A stretch of DNA of 62,293 bases, the filler included, from Stramenopiles sp. TOSAG23-2 (taxonomy: Eukaryota): assembly GCA_900128395.1 (NCBI GenBank). It is 37 parts of 37 records of this genome, joined end to end, with 100 filler letters (N's around TTAATTAATTAA, not from the genome) between each part and the next. Parts side by side here need not be neighbours in the genome. Positions count along the whole stretch, not along the records: positions 24,282 to 25,283 come from LT654085.1; positions 25,384 to 26,385 come from LT654086.1; positions 26,486 to 27,487 come from LT654087.1; positions 27,588 to 28,589 come from LT654088.1; positions 28,690 to 29,691 come from LT654089.1; positions 29,792 to 32,963 come from LT651338.1; positions 33,064 to 36,233 come from LT651339.1; positions 36,334 to 39,496 come from LT651340.1; 29 more parts are not named here. One strand, 5' to 3'. The notes under the pieces were generated by a model that was given only the letters and a program-made list of their open reading frames with translations, did no database searches and was not told where the DNA came from. Positions 24,777 to 36,661 of the stretch are shown here, piece by piece (the first letter of the stretch is position 1; each line of letters begins with the position of its first letter). Made by a program: the position numbers and the translations under genes.

Positions 24777-25283
24777 ATGAAGACAATATTATTCATTTTT
24801 TTACTTATTGTTGCAACAACAACAACACTAGCAACAAATGTTCGTGTAGCAGAGCCAACAACAACAACAACTGAAAATGACAAAGTGGAAGAAACGGCGC
24901 AACCGGAGATTGTGAATAAACCACCAACTGAAAAAGTGAAAGATGATCTATTTGTTGGAAAAAATAATCAAGTGCATAAAACTACCTTGTACAAAGATCA
25001 ACAATATTTAAAAGCACCAGCAAATGTTGCTTTCCCAAAACTTGGTGCATCTCGTTTAATTGTACGACGTGGTACAAAATTTACAGTACAATCTTCTGAT
25101 ACTATTAAAATTGCATTCAATCCATGTGGTGTATTAAAAGAGATGATGAAAGATGATGATGGAAACTGTGGTGTCAAAGAAGCTGTTGATGTTACAAGTA
25201 GTTGGAGAATCAAGTCAAAAGATGATCGAACACATGAAATAACACCACCTGCTAACGCTGCAGTTGGTGTTTATACTTTAAAT
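24777..25283 (+). CDS. Signal peptide + animal-type transglutaminase N-terminal domain, 3'-truncated
   Basis: MKTILFIFLLIVATTTTLA signal; NNQVHKTTLY, LIVRRGTKF and ITPPANAAVGVYTL are Transglut_N hallmarks. Confidence 0.75.
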
Positions 25284-25383
25284 NNNNNNNNNNNNNNNNN
25301 NNNNNNNNNNNNNNNNNNNNNNNNNNNTTAATTAATTAANNNNNNNNNNNNNNNNNNNNNNNNNNNNNNNNNNNNNNNNNNNN

Positions 25384-26016
25384 CTTAAGAATGGGAACAG
25401 TTGAATTAAACTTTTCTTTGATTAAATTTTTGATAGATTTAAATTCTTTTTCATTTAAAACATCTGCTCTAGATATTAGAACGATATCAGAAACCTCTAA
25501 CTGTTCTTCAAAGAGTTCGTCAATGGATGCATTATGGTCAATCTTATTTAACTCATCGTACTGATTAGTTATTTCATTTAAATCATTTATTGGAGAGCCC
25601 TTAAGCATTGACTCTCCATTGACTATGCCAATCACGACATCAAGATATATTGATGTCCTTATCTCAGGCCAATTGAGTGCTTGTATCAATGGTAAGGGTA
25701 AGGCAAGTCCACTCGTCTCAATGATTATTGCTTCTATGTCAGGATTAAAATTTAAAAGTGATTTTATCGAGGGAATAAAATCATCTTGAACGGTGCAACA
25801 TAAACAACCATTATTTAATTCAATAATACAGCCTTCATCTGAATCATCACAACCATTACAGCTTTTAACCAAGTCTCCATCAATCCCAACATCACCAAAT
25901 TCGTTTATTATTAACCCAAATTTTTTATTACTCTCTCTAAGTAAATATCTTAAAAAAGTAGTCTTACCAGACCCAAGAAATCCAGAAATTACAATTACAG
26001 GTATTCTTTTATTCAT
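25384..26016 (-). CDS. cobW: CobW/COG0523 P-loop GTPase, picocyanobacterial, 3'-truncated
   Basis: RIPVIVISGFLGSGKTT, IINEFGDVGIDG, ELNNGCLCCTVQDDF, IETSGLALP, WPEIR, ELFEEQL; intronless. Confidence 0.92.
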
Positions 26017-26025
26017 ATTTGTTTT

Positions 26026-26385
26026 TTAACAACCAAGACTATATTCTGTACTTTCTCCTGTCGAACTATTAGTACCATTTGCTATTTCACATAATTCTTT
26101 TTGTTGTATACGGCTAAGAACTGCATTCGTAAAATCTGCACCATCAATCTTGGCCCCTTCAAAATTACTTTCCATTAATAAAGCATTTGTGAAATTCACA
26201 TCTGAAAGATCTGCGTCTGTAAAATCTGTTGCATATGCTAAAGCGTCACTAAGGTTAGCTCCAGTCATAGTTGCGTTTTGCAATTTACTATTATTAAAAA
26301 CTGCGCCCTCCAAGTTACTTTGACTAAAATCAAATCCATTTAAATTGAACTTTACAAATTCATTACCACTAAGATCTTGACCATG
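26026..26385 (-). CDS. Pentapeptide-repeat protein, picocyanobacterial, 5'-truncated
   Basis: A(D/N)LXX repeats ending in the cyanobacterial LC..A.GTN..TG.ST..SLGC tail; its stop is 9 bp upstream of the cobW ATG (operon-like). Confidence 0.9.
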   Translation of the reverse strand, partial: HGQDLSGNEFVKFNLNGFDFSQSNLEGAVFNNSKLQNATMTGANLSDALAYATDFTDADLSDVNFTNALLMESNFEGAKIDGADFTNAVLSRIQQKELCEIANGTNSSTGESTEYSLGC

Positions 26386-26485
26386 NNNNNNNNNNNNNNN
26401 NNNNNNNNNNNNNNNNNNNNNNNNNNNNNTTAATTAATTAANNNNNNNNNNNNNNNNNNNNNNNNNNNNNNNNNNNNNNNNNNNN

Positions 26486-26536
26486 TTTAAAAGAAAAGTG
26501 GTAACCACCAGCTAGATCCTCGACTGAAGTTGACAT
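26486..26536 (-). CDS. Possible Rab-type small GTPase N-terminus
   Basis: MSTSVEDLAGGYHFSFK ends in a YDYLFK-like motif at the contig edge; only 17 codons. Confidence 0.3.
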
Positions 26537-27118
26537 TCTTTTTCTTCTATATAGTTTTCTATTTTGTCTTATTGTATGTTGATATATATGTGTAAATAAT
26601 ATGTATACGTTTGTATGTTTCACATGGCTATATAGTATGTGTTTGTTTAGTGGCAAAACAAAAAAGAAGAGACAAAAAAATAACTGCTCAAAAAAATAGG
26701 AAGAAGAAAGCTGGAATTGTGCGATAAAAGGTATTTAATAGTAGTGTATAGGGGTATAAATAATTCAATAAGTTTTATTATAATAATTTAATAAATAAGT
26801 AATATTCATATAGTATTAATAGGTTAAATAATACGAAAAACAATATTACAGGAGACAGGAAGTATATAAAATTATATAAAATAAAGTCTGTAGTCATTCC
26901 GCGCCGGTCTGTCTCCCTATCTCTATCCTCATAGTATTCCCATGCTACAGTATAGTTTCTTAGTGTCGTTATTATAAAAAATATTAGGTTGTTGTTGTTG
27001 TTATTTTTTTTTATTGCTTATTGAGCAAAAAAACCCAAAATTAATAATAAAATAAAAATAAATTTTAATAGATAGATAGATAGAAGATATGTAACTAAAT
27101 CAAAACAAAACAGTGTAA

Positions 27119-27478
27119 ATGAAACAAAGTATTAAATTGAAAATAATGAATGATTCATATTACGATGAAGATGACGATTTTACAGATGAGCGCACCCCAT
27201 TAACAAGTGCTGCTGGTGGTATTCATGGATCGTCGTCTTTAAATAGAGACGATCACCATAATAATAATAATTATAAACCAGCACTTAGGGAATATAATTT
27301 ATGTATAAAAATACGACACTCGAAATGGTATTTTATTTTTAATTTATTTGTACTAGTGTTAACAACATTACTAGTTGTGTGGGTTGTTCGATCAAAAGGT
27401 CATAATCCTAGAAGTCGTTTATTTTTCTTAACAGAAACCATCGTTACGTTTGCAGTGGTTGCAGATGTTGTATTATAA
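27119..27478 (+). CDS. Membrane protein with two helices resembling voltage-sensor S1-S2
   Basis: ERTPL motif, KWYFIFNLFVLVLTTLLVVWVV and FFLTETIVTFAVVADVVL. The stop lies 9 nt from the contig end and may be an error. Confidence 0.5.
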   Translation: MKQSIKLKIMNDSYYDEDDDFTDERTPLTSAAGGIHGSSSLNRDDHHNNNNYKPALREYNLCIKIRHSKWYFIFNLFVLVLTTLLVVWVVRSKGHNPRSRLFFLTETIVTFAVVADVVL

Positions 27479-28689
27479 TTAGTAGAANNNNNNNNNNNNN
27501 NNNNNNNNNNNNNNNNNNNNNNNNNNNNNNNTTAATTAATTAANNNNNNNNNNNNNNNNNNNNNNNNNNNNNNNNNNNNNNNNNNNNTTTTTTTTTTTTT
27601 TTTATATATATATAAAATATATGGACGTTTGTTATTTCGTTTGTTTCCTAATAATTGAATGGAATTGAAATGAATGTTCCTATTGACTACATACAAGTTG
27701 TACAATCAAATGAAATCATATATCAAGTTGCATATCTTTCTTCAATAATATAAAGATAATAATATAAAAAATAATTTTTTCACCACCACCACTGAAATGA
27801 AAGATAGCCAGATAATAGCATGGACATACCATTGATTATCCAATCTTCCAAAGTCTCCGTGCTATCCTGGGTTTTATACCATTTTTCCATCTAGAACACA
27901 CCCACATAAATATTGTACTGTACTGTAGTATTAATATGGAACATCATTACAACAACATGCGTGCTGGGCGGGGCGTGCCGGGCGTGTGCACTTACGTACT
28001 GAACTTACTGCTGGGCTTTTTTAATAATAGACCTATTGCCTATATAGTTGAAATGGAAAATAAGACAGATAAGAATGGAAAAAATACATCCTTTGTCGAA
28101 ATACTTGCTGTACTTAGATGTGATTTTACTATACTTTTTCGTGCCCTTTCTTTTTCTTTAGATTTCATTAGATTCGTGCATTCCAGAGGCATTCATAGCT
28201 TTACTTTTTCTGGTGGTAGCTCTAGAGCTAAGTGCATAAACCATGTGAATTTCACAGTTGTTATTACACGATACCCATTACTGTAGCCTTAGCCGCCAGC
28301 TTGGGCCAATAATATAATTTTGGGTGTTGGACCGTCAATTACAGTAGTATGGACACACTATTGATAATGACAAAAAGGTATTTTAATACTTACCACAAAT
28401 CTAAAAAAAAAATGAAAAAGGAAGGCTCATTTTGAAATTTCCTTCGCCTAACAATTTGATCAAGAAGTATAAAAACTTGTAGTTTTAAAAATATATATTC
28501 GATTAGAATGAAACGAATAATGACGAGCCATTATAATAAAGTATACTACATATCCAACATATTCAAGATAGAAGATATAACATACCAATNNNNNNNNNNN
28601 NNNNNNNNNNNNNNNNNNNNNNNNNNNNNNNNNTTAATTAATTAANNNNNNNNNNNNNNNNNNNNNNNNNNNNNNNNNNNNNNNNNNNN

Positions 28690-29691
28690 GATATGAAGTA
28701 TCCAACATAGTCGGACCAATCAATAATTATACATTGACTGAATTCTCCTGTCCCAAAGGTGAGTACGTAAACGCAATTGTTGGAAATCATATTGGTTGGA
28801 TAAACCAAATAGGTATTGAATGTACTAGTGGTAACAGTAGTGGAAATAATAGATCTGAATTGCACGATTCTACCAGATCTAGTGGTAACAGTAGTTCCGA
28901 CAGATTCACAAATATACCTGAACCCCTAATTGAACACTTGACAAATGATGATAACAGAACATATTTAGATCCGGATACACGTCATACATTTAACAGTGAT
29001 TTTAAAGTCAAAAAATATGATGGATTCAATGAAATAAACGCTTATTATGGTACAGTTGGAATGTCTGGGATTAGAATTGGTAATCACAATATTGGAAGCG
29101 ATTTCGAACCACATGCTACACATGTAGACCTTAATACATTGAAATGCACCAAAGGTAAAATATCAGGTATTATTGCTTCATCTGGAGAGGATAATCTTGT
29201 TAATCGACTCGGTATTATATGTGACACAACTCTACGCACCCCTGATACTGACACATCAAGCGCGTTTGAAGGAACAACATACGAATCATGGAAAAAAAAA
29301 TACGATGCTGAAAAACTTCAGTCAGATAATGAACCAAAAGAGAAAGATGATCAACAAGATATAAAAGATGCTCTCGCCGTCGAAAAATCAAATGGTATAA
29401 TGGGTGGTACTAAAGGAGTAGAATTTGAAAATAAAATGTCAGGAGGTTCTATCGTCTTTAAACTTGGTCGTATTAATGATGACGAACTCCGATGGAGAAA
29501 AGATGATTCGGATCACTTTGGTTGGAACATACACAAATGGAATGGTGATGATAGTGAACCCATAAAACCTGGTGAAGCAATTTATATTGCAAGCAGTACT
29601 TCTACAGGCAGAAGAATTTATTTATACGATGGAAAGGCAGAAGCTCATAAAAATTACAGTGATGATACCAAGTTAACATTCTTACAACCAA
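28690..29691 (+). CDS. Unknown protein with a jacalin/beta-prism-like Cys module, contig-spanning; possibly viral
   Basis: Open across the whole contig. Repeated FSCPKGEYVNAIVG...INQIGIEC and LKCTKGKISGII...VNRLGIIC units; no introns or host-style poly-Asn tracts. Confidence 0.5.
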
Positions 29692-29791
29692 NNNNNNNNN
29701 NNNNNNNNNNNNNNNNNNNNNNNNNNNNNNNNNNNTTAATTAATTAANNNNNNNNNNNNNNNNNNNNNNNNNNNNNNNNNNNNNNNNNNNN

Positions 29792-30046
29792 AGTTATGTC
29801 CGTGAATATGTCAAAATGTTCTTTTAATTCAATCTGTGGTCTGAACGTTACCATTAATAATTTATTCGATATAATGAAATCAAAACTTTTCGTTAACTTC
29901 GTTATATTTTGATACAATACATGTTTTGTTTCATCACATAATAATATTTTGGATGATGTTTGAATCCCATCAATCGCAGGAATTATTATTATTAAAAAAA
30001 GAATAAGAAGGAACAAAACATTTACAATACTAATGAATGATTCCAT
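29792..30046 (-). CDS. Signal-peptide-bearing protein, N-terminal fragment
   Basis: MESFISIVNVLFLLILFLIIIIPAIDG hydrophobic start; runs off the contig. Confidence 0.55.
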
Positions 30047-30643
30047 CTTACCATTTGATTGGTTTGCATGGATTACATGATACACACATTACTATTTTCC
30101 AATTTTCAATTGTATATTCTAATTTTTATATATATATAATAATTTTTTTCTTTTTCGTATTATTATTGCAACTATTATTCCCTTATTATTATTATTTGTT
30201 CGTTGTTGCTAACCTGCTGCACATTTGCACATTTGGTGCTTTCTGGCTTTCCAGCTTTGTTGTTGCATTATTTTTTCTTCATTTGAATTCATCATCATGA
30301 TTTTAGTCCTTTACCTTAACTTTTATAATTATTCTACGTATATCGTAGCACCTGCTATGTTGATGCTAGATCAGAAGGCACAAATCGGCATGAAGAGGCA
30401 CAGTTGAAAAATAACTGCTAATATTAGAAATATATAATAAATGTGCAAATATTTTAAAATTATACGTGTGCATACATATATATAGAGAGAAGAGGTAACA
30501 TCAATGTGTGTATAATAGATGAGAATAGTAAATAATATTACGTACTTTAACATTATTAGAAAATTATATATGTATATATAGATGCATAGATAAATAAATC
30601 ACTTTCTAGTAATAATATAGAAGCGTTTGAAAAAATAAATAAA

Positions 30644-32383
30644 ATGGATAGCGTAAGTGAAAGAAAAGTATATAGTCATGCTATGGAACCATATAAGGAA
30701 ACAATTGCTGATTTCATTGACGCATATGGGGAAGGAAATATAGATTATTATGGAGAAAGTTTGAAAATATTACAAGAAAACGAGGAAGAAAAATTAGCAA
30801 AGTCAATTGAAGGGACAATGAACAAGTATTTCCGACAATTAAATGGTTATCTTGATTTACCATATGAAGATCGCAAGTTTCATAATCGAATGGATGTTTT
30901 ACTTTTTATTGCTAAAACTGTACGTGTTGTAGTCAAACAAATAAAACGTTTAGCAACAGCTTGTGTACGAATACATCAACGAAAAATGAGCGAAGGAATG
31001 GAACCATCTAAAATTGATTATTGGTGGTTTACAATCGACGAGGATGAGGATAAAAAAGGCGGTGAACGCATGAAAGACTTTGTTGCACAATATTTTATAC
31101 AGGCAAATTATTTTTACATTCAATTTTTATTAGTAGATGTGGCCATACTTGCAGCTTTACCAGTTGCTTGTAGCGAATATGAATTGAGTGAAGATTTTGT
31201 ACCATTACATGCAATGGTATTAACACGTGATTTCAAGGTATTTGATGATATGCCAATTGATCAATTATGCCAAGATTCTACTTTCTTACGATATTTATGT
31301 GCCATTGGTTTTTCTACATGTGGCGATGTAATGAAATTATCAAATCATGATGCAACAAATATATTCGCATATGGATACAATGAAGCACAACGTGTTGAAG
31401 ATGATGGTATACACGTGGATGATGATGATATACACCATCATGAAGAATCATTACCATTACATAGAGTGTTACATGCATTGTTAGATGTGGAAGAACATGT
31501 GCCTGAAAATAGTTATGAAATTTGCGTCGTACTGGCTGGCATGATTCAATGCGGTTGTGACCCTCATTTACCAAATACACGAATGGAAACTGCTTTACAA
31601 CTTGCATCTAAAGTTGATGGTGTAGTCTTTAGCTATATGATACGGAGAGAAATTGTCGATGAAATGAAGATGATTAAACATAATGATGTTGTAAGTGAAA
31701 TAGGAAAGCAGGTAAAAAGTGGCTTTTTTGGAGACGAAGAAGTTATTGATAAGTCTCCTCGAATACAGAAAAAGAGTCAACGGCGTAGAAAAAAGATAAA
31801 AAATAATAAAACAGAAAGGAATAACGGTGGTGGTGGCGGCAGTGATTTAGATGATTTAGAGGAGGGTGAATTTGTGTCTAGGGCAGAATTTAATGCATTA
31901 AAAAGACAGATGAAGAAAAGTAGAAAAAAATTTAGTAAGATATTAATGATGTTTTCAAAAATGATGGATCTCAATGATAGAAGTACCAATCAAACCAATA
32001 GTAACAATATTGTTAATAGCAATACAAATCAACAAGTATATCCCAAAAAAAAAGGACGTGGTGGGATTGTCGCAAATAAATTAGAGATGAAAAATAAAAC
32101 AATAACAAAAAATAAAAAGAAAGTTCCTGTTAATAATAATGAAAGTAAAGAAATTAGTAAACAAGATAATAATAAAGGTAAAGAAGAAAACAATATATCA
32201 ATGATTGCAAAGGATGATACTGTGTCCAATAAAAATAAAATTAAAAAAACACATAGTAGCAATGTTGAAGATTATCGTGAATTAAAGCAAAATGATGGAG
32301 AAGAATTTGATATTGGTACAGATTCCTCTACTGATGATCTTGCAGGATTGTCTGATGAATTATCATCAGCAGATTCAGATTGA
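30644..32383 (+). CDS. 579-aa unknown protein with a degenerate ankyrin-like pair and low-complexity C-terminus
   Basis: Complete ORF; PLHRVL...GCDPHLPNTRMETALQLA is ankyrin-like. Confidence 0.75.
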   Translation: MDSVSERKVYSHAMEPYKETIADFIDAYGEGNIDYYGESLKILQENEEEKLAKSIEGTMNKYFRQLNGYLDLPYEDRKFHNRMDVLLFIAKTVRVVVKQIKRLATACVRIHQRKMSEGMEPSKIDYWWFTIDEDEDKKGGERMKDFVAQYFIQANYFYIQFLLVDVAILAALPVACSEYELSEDFVPLHAMVLTRDFKVFDDMPIDQLCQDSTFLRYLCAIGFSTCGDVMKLSNHDATNIFAYGYNEAQRVEDDGIHVDDDDIHHHEESLPLHRVLHALLDVEEHVPENSYEICVVLAGMIQCGCDPHLPNTRMETALQLASKVDGVVFSYMIRREIVDEMKMIKHNDVVSEIGKQVKSGFFGDEEVIDKSPRIQKKSQRRRKKIKNNKTERNNGGGGGSDLDDLEEGEFVSRAEFNALKRQMKKSRKKFSKILMMFSKMMDLNDRSTNQTNSNNIVNSNTNQQVYPKKKGRGGIVANKLEMKNKTITKNKKKVPVNNNESKEISKQDNNKGKEENNISMIAKDDTVSNKNKIKKTHSSNVEDYRELKQNDGEEFDIGTDSSTDDLAGLSDELSSADSD

Positions 32384-33733
32384 ATTATATAGATATCGTA
32401 TATATACGTTCGTATATTATATTTAAAAATGCCTAGTTATATACGCTGCTGTTACTCTCTGGCAACTGCAGAGTCTTCGTTCCCAGCTGAGATTTGCAGC
32501 TACCACCAGGTGGTATGCTGCTGTGTACTTCGTACATTTTTAAAAAATATACTTCGTACGAAGTATATAAATGCGAGTATGTGTATATTTTAAAATATGA
32601 TATATGATAATGTGTTTAATTTTTGACTTTTTTTTTTTCAGTATTTTTAATAAATGTATCATATCATACTCGTATGCTTAATATCATATCATACGTCGTG
32701 TATAAAATTTTTACGAGTAATTTTTTATTTTTCTCTCTTTGAATGTAATACACACACACACACACATACACACACATGTATCATTTTTCACACTTCAAAT
32801 GAGATGTTTTTAAGTTTGCAAAATTAGGTTTTTGTTTTTAGGGATTAAATCATACGAGGGGTTCGTATGATACTATGTCACCAGTTTACATTGCCGACTG
32901 CCACTTAAGCTTGTTTTTTTTAACCAAAAAAATTAAATGCATCATTACCTTGTTGCTGTTGTTNNNNNNNNNNNNNNNNNNNNNNNNNNNNNNNNNNNNN
33001 NNNNNNNTTAATTAATTAANNNNNNNNNNNNNNNNNNNNNNNNNNNNNNNNNNNNNNNNNNNNGTATCATGGAAAATAACTTATCGTAAATTTGAAGGTT
33101 AAAATATGAGAATATAAAAATACCCTGAGTACTTAAGTATCATACGACTTATTATTCTAATTATGGGTATATGCATATACGAACGTAATATCATGTACAT
33201 ATTATATATATATATATTAAAAAATTCTCTTACGTATTTAATAAGTTAAAGAGATTTTATTTTGTACTCATAATGTTATATTCACTATATATATATATAT
33301 GTGTATTGAGAACTTCCATGATGAGGACCGGGGCATAAGCATAACGGGATTTTTTAAATACGGAAATCAATATAAGGAATTGCATGAGGATACGGTTATA
33401 TCTTTTCCATTTTATGAAATTACTTTTGACATATTATTATAAGTATTCATCGTTTTTAGTGTTTACATATTATATATATTTATGAGTAAATAAAATCTTT
33501 TTAAATTTTAAGTAAGAGAATTTTTTATATATATGTGTATGTGTAGTTACCAGAAATAATTAATACTATTATGATACCTAAACAGAATTGCATAAAATGA
33601 AAAAAGTTATATATAATATTATATGATACGCGTATATTAAAATTATTCGTACAAAAAGTATTACTCCTTTATTCCTCTCTCTCTCTCTAAACACACTAAA
33701 CACTCGTTCTCCCCCCTCTCTTTTCTTTTATTT

Positions 33734-34996
33734 TTATATTGCAGGATTCCGATGTAAATATGGTAAGCCACTTGCTCTATCTTTTATTTCTTCCCTAATA
33801 CCTTTTTTTTCATCGACCACTGAGATTTTAGGTGGTATAAATGGTTTTTCCGGAATTGCAGCTAGCGGCCCGGCTCCATTTTTGCCCATTTCTTTAGCAG
33901 TTTGTTTAGCTAATTGCGCAAGTGACCTTGCAGAATGAATACCACGCAATGATTTTACGTCAGATAAGACAGATCTTGCTGATGCATGTGATGCAATACT
34001 ACGCGCATCATCATCCTGTTTCTTACCTTCGTCATTTTCACCTATTAAAGCATTTAATGATTCTTTTGTTAATTTTACTTTTTTTACCCTCTTATTTCTT
34101 GGTTTTTGATTTTCATTAGAATCTTTTTCTTCATATTTTGATCCATAATCATTTTCTGCATTGTTTTCCAAATCTGCATCTTCTTCTTCTTCTTCCTCCT
34201 CATTATCGAGTTCTTGTATACGTTGTCTAACAGACTCCAATGCAGCACGGACTTCAAGATCATCCAAGTATTTATCAACGTCCAAATTATTAGCAAAATC
34301 CATCAAATCATCTGCTTCTTCATCTTCCAACTGATCCTTCTGATTCTCTGTGAGTGCCCAAGCAGGTTTTGATTTATTATTATTTGCACGCTTCAATTGC
34401 GCTTTCCCTAAAATTTGCTCTTCCTTTCCTTCATTTTCTTCTTGATTTTTTTGCTCATACATGTTTAGTTTCCTCATTTCTGCTTCGATAGCCCTATCAT
34501 TTATTTCCTCTGCCTCTGCCAGTTTTGTAGCTGCCATTTCTAACGCGTCAACTTCATCAACAGCATCTTCTACCGTGTTGCGCACTTCTGCTCTTAAAGC
34601 AGCTTGCTGCGCTGCAAATTTCCTTCTTCTTTCTTCTTTTGCATTTTCTTCAATGATTGCCTGCTCTTGGAATTGTTCTTTTGCTTTTTGTAATTGTTTT
34701 AACCATTTTTTATGACGTGAAAGTGCAGAGTTTTTCTTTTTTCGATCGATTCGTATCATTGCCCTACGCTCCCTGGATGGATTTAACCCTAATGGTTCGT
34801 GCGGGATAACCGCTGATCTAAATGGAACATTCCCATCTCCACCTGATATTGCTTTATGTGCAGCAGCAGCTACACCACCAAATGGTCTATTACAAAGCAT
34901 AACACCTTTATAATTACCTATTGATACACCAGCTGATGCACCACCACCAAGCGATCCACCATTTGATGGACGTTCAGACATCATCATATCCGCCAT
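33734..34996 (-). CDS. 420-aa coiled-coil protein of unknown function
   Basis: Complete ORF with conserved-looking blocks NYKGVMLCNRP, ALSRHKKWLKQLQ, KPAWALTE and LPYLHRNPAI. Confidence 0.8.
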   Translation of the reverse strand: MADMMMSERPSNGGSLGGGASAGVSIGNYKGVMLCNRPFGGVAAAAHKAISGGDGNVPFRSAVIPHEPLGLNPSRERRAMIRIDRKKKNSALSRHKKWLKQLQKAKEQFQEQAIIEENAKEERRRKFAAQQAALRAEVRNTVEDAVDEVDALEMAATKLAEAEEINDRAIEAEMRKLNMYEQKNQEENEGKEEQILGKAQLKRANNNKSKPAWALTENQKDQLEDEEADDLMDFANNLDVDKYLDDLEVRAALESVRQRIQELDNEEEEEEEDADLENNAENDYGSKYEEKDSNENQKPRNKRVKKVKLTKESLNALIGENDEGKKQDDDARSIASHASARSVLSDVKSLRGIHSARSLAQLAKQTAKEMGKNGAGPLAAIPEKPFIPPKISVVDEKKGIREEIKDRASGLPYLHRNPAI

Positions 34997-36661
34997 GTTT
35001 TATATTTATTTCTGTATGTACGTATGTTTTTAATTATAATTATATATATATATTCTTTTACTTCCTTCCTTCCTTCCAGTCTTCTGATAGTCCGATCTTG
35101 ATGTATATACAGTACATGTATCTGTCTATACTTTCTATTTACAAATGTAAATATAAATAATTATATTAATAGTATAGTATATATATATACGTTGATGAAT
35201 AGTATTATTGGTTGTATTATCCCACTATATAATATTAGTACTGCCGTAACGTTGTTGTGCTAGCCGGGCCGGGCTAGCGGGTGTAGTACCTTTATAGTAT
35301 GAATTAGTACAGATTATAGTACTTGAAATACTTTGAACTAACGAAACGGCAGCCTAGCGTGTATAGTCTAGCAAAGAATACTCGCCTATGAAATCAGTGC
35401 ACGATTCGTAGTCGATATAGGATATAGGAAGTACTGTACTAACCTACGTATTGTAAACCAATAAACCCCTAAACCAAGTTAAAGTTTAAAAAAGTTGATT
35501 TGGTACCTTAAACACCTTAAACAGTTAATATTACACCAAAATTTTTAATAGTCTACCTGGTATACTCTATACTCGGATGAGCTGACTGTGCTGTACTGTG
35601 TACATTACTAGAATTATTATACTCCTGGTGTGCCAGCCCTATAAGGCCAGCCGGGCCAATGTGTGTGTACTGTAGTTGATATCGATGGTACAACATCTTT
35701 GAAAGTGTGGGAAACATCATGGAAACATAATACTTTTCTTAATAATTTCAACAAACCACATAGCTACAGACAGTACATAGCTATGCACCTTTTAACCTCT
35801 ATTATCATTAATTTACATATTAATAGGTATAGAAATTAATACAGTATGAAGTACAAACACTCATCAGCTCTCACACCATGTTTAAATATGTATAAAATTT
35901 TGAAAATAGCACTGGTGCAGCATTAATGTTCTAATAAATAATAATAATAATGCCTATATTTATAGTAGCAACATTAATGAAATTAATGTCACATATATAC
36001 AGTATTGATACATATAACATATAAACACATAATAGTTACAAATGTTGGTTTTAATGTATCTATAACTTAATAATATGAATAACTTGTAAAAACATAGGAA
36101 AGGGACAATATATTTAAACATATAAATTATCATAAAGATAGATACAAACATTTAAATTTATAATATTGCATTGTTGGACAAACATTAATATATACATATA
36201 AAAAACATACAAACAGGTGTTTATTTCAATTTCNNNNNNNNNNNNNNNNNNNNNNNNNNNNNNNNNNNNNNNNNNNNTTAATTAATTAANNNNNNNNNNN
36301 NNNNNNNNNNNNNNNNNNNNNNNNNNNNNNNNNTGCTAAGGCATGCGTATTATTATTTCTTTTTTTTTTTTTTGTTTTTTTTGCAGCCTTTTTTTTTCTC
36401 TTTCTTGCTTTCTTTATTTATTACACATTTTAGTAGTGGTGTATTTATATTATAATAAACTGTAAAACTTATAATTACATGTATGCATATGTGTATATAT
36501 ATCCCAAAGAAGAAAGATAACTTTATTTCTACCCCCAAACAACGTTTTCATTATATTGCAATATATATCATTTAGAATATACTACGGGTAATACATAGCC
36601 TCACCCCTCCATGAAAAAAAAACAAATAATATAATTTAAATTTATACTAATAATAAATACA

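Noticed and set aside
25384-26385. Horizontal transfer of cobalamin genes to the protist
   Set aside because: The whole contig is bacterial in organisation and has no eukaryotic flank.
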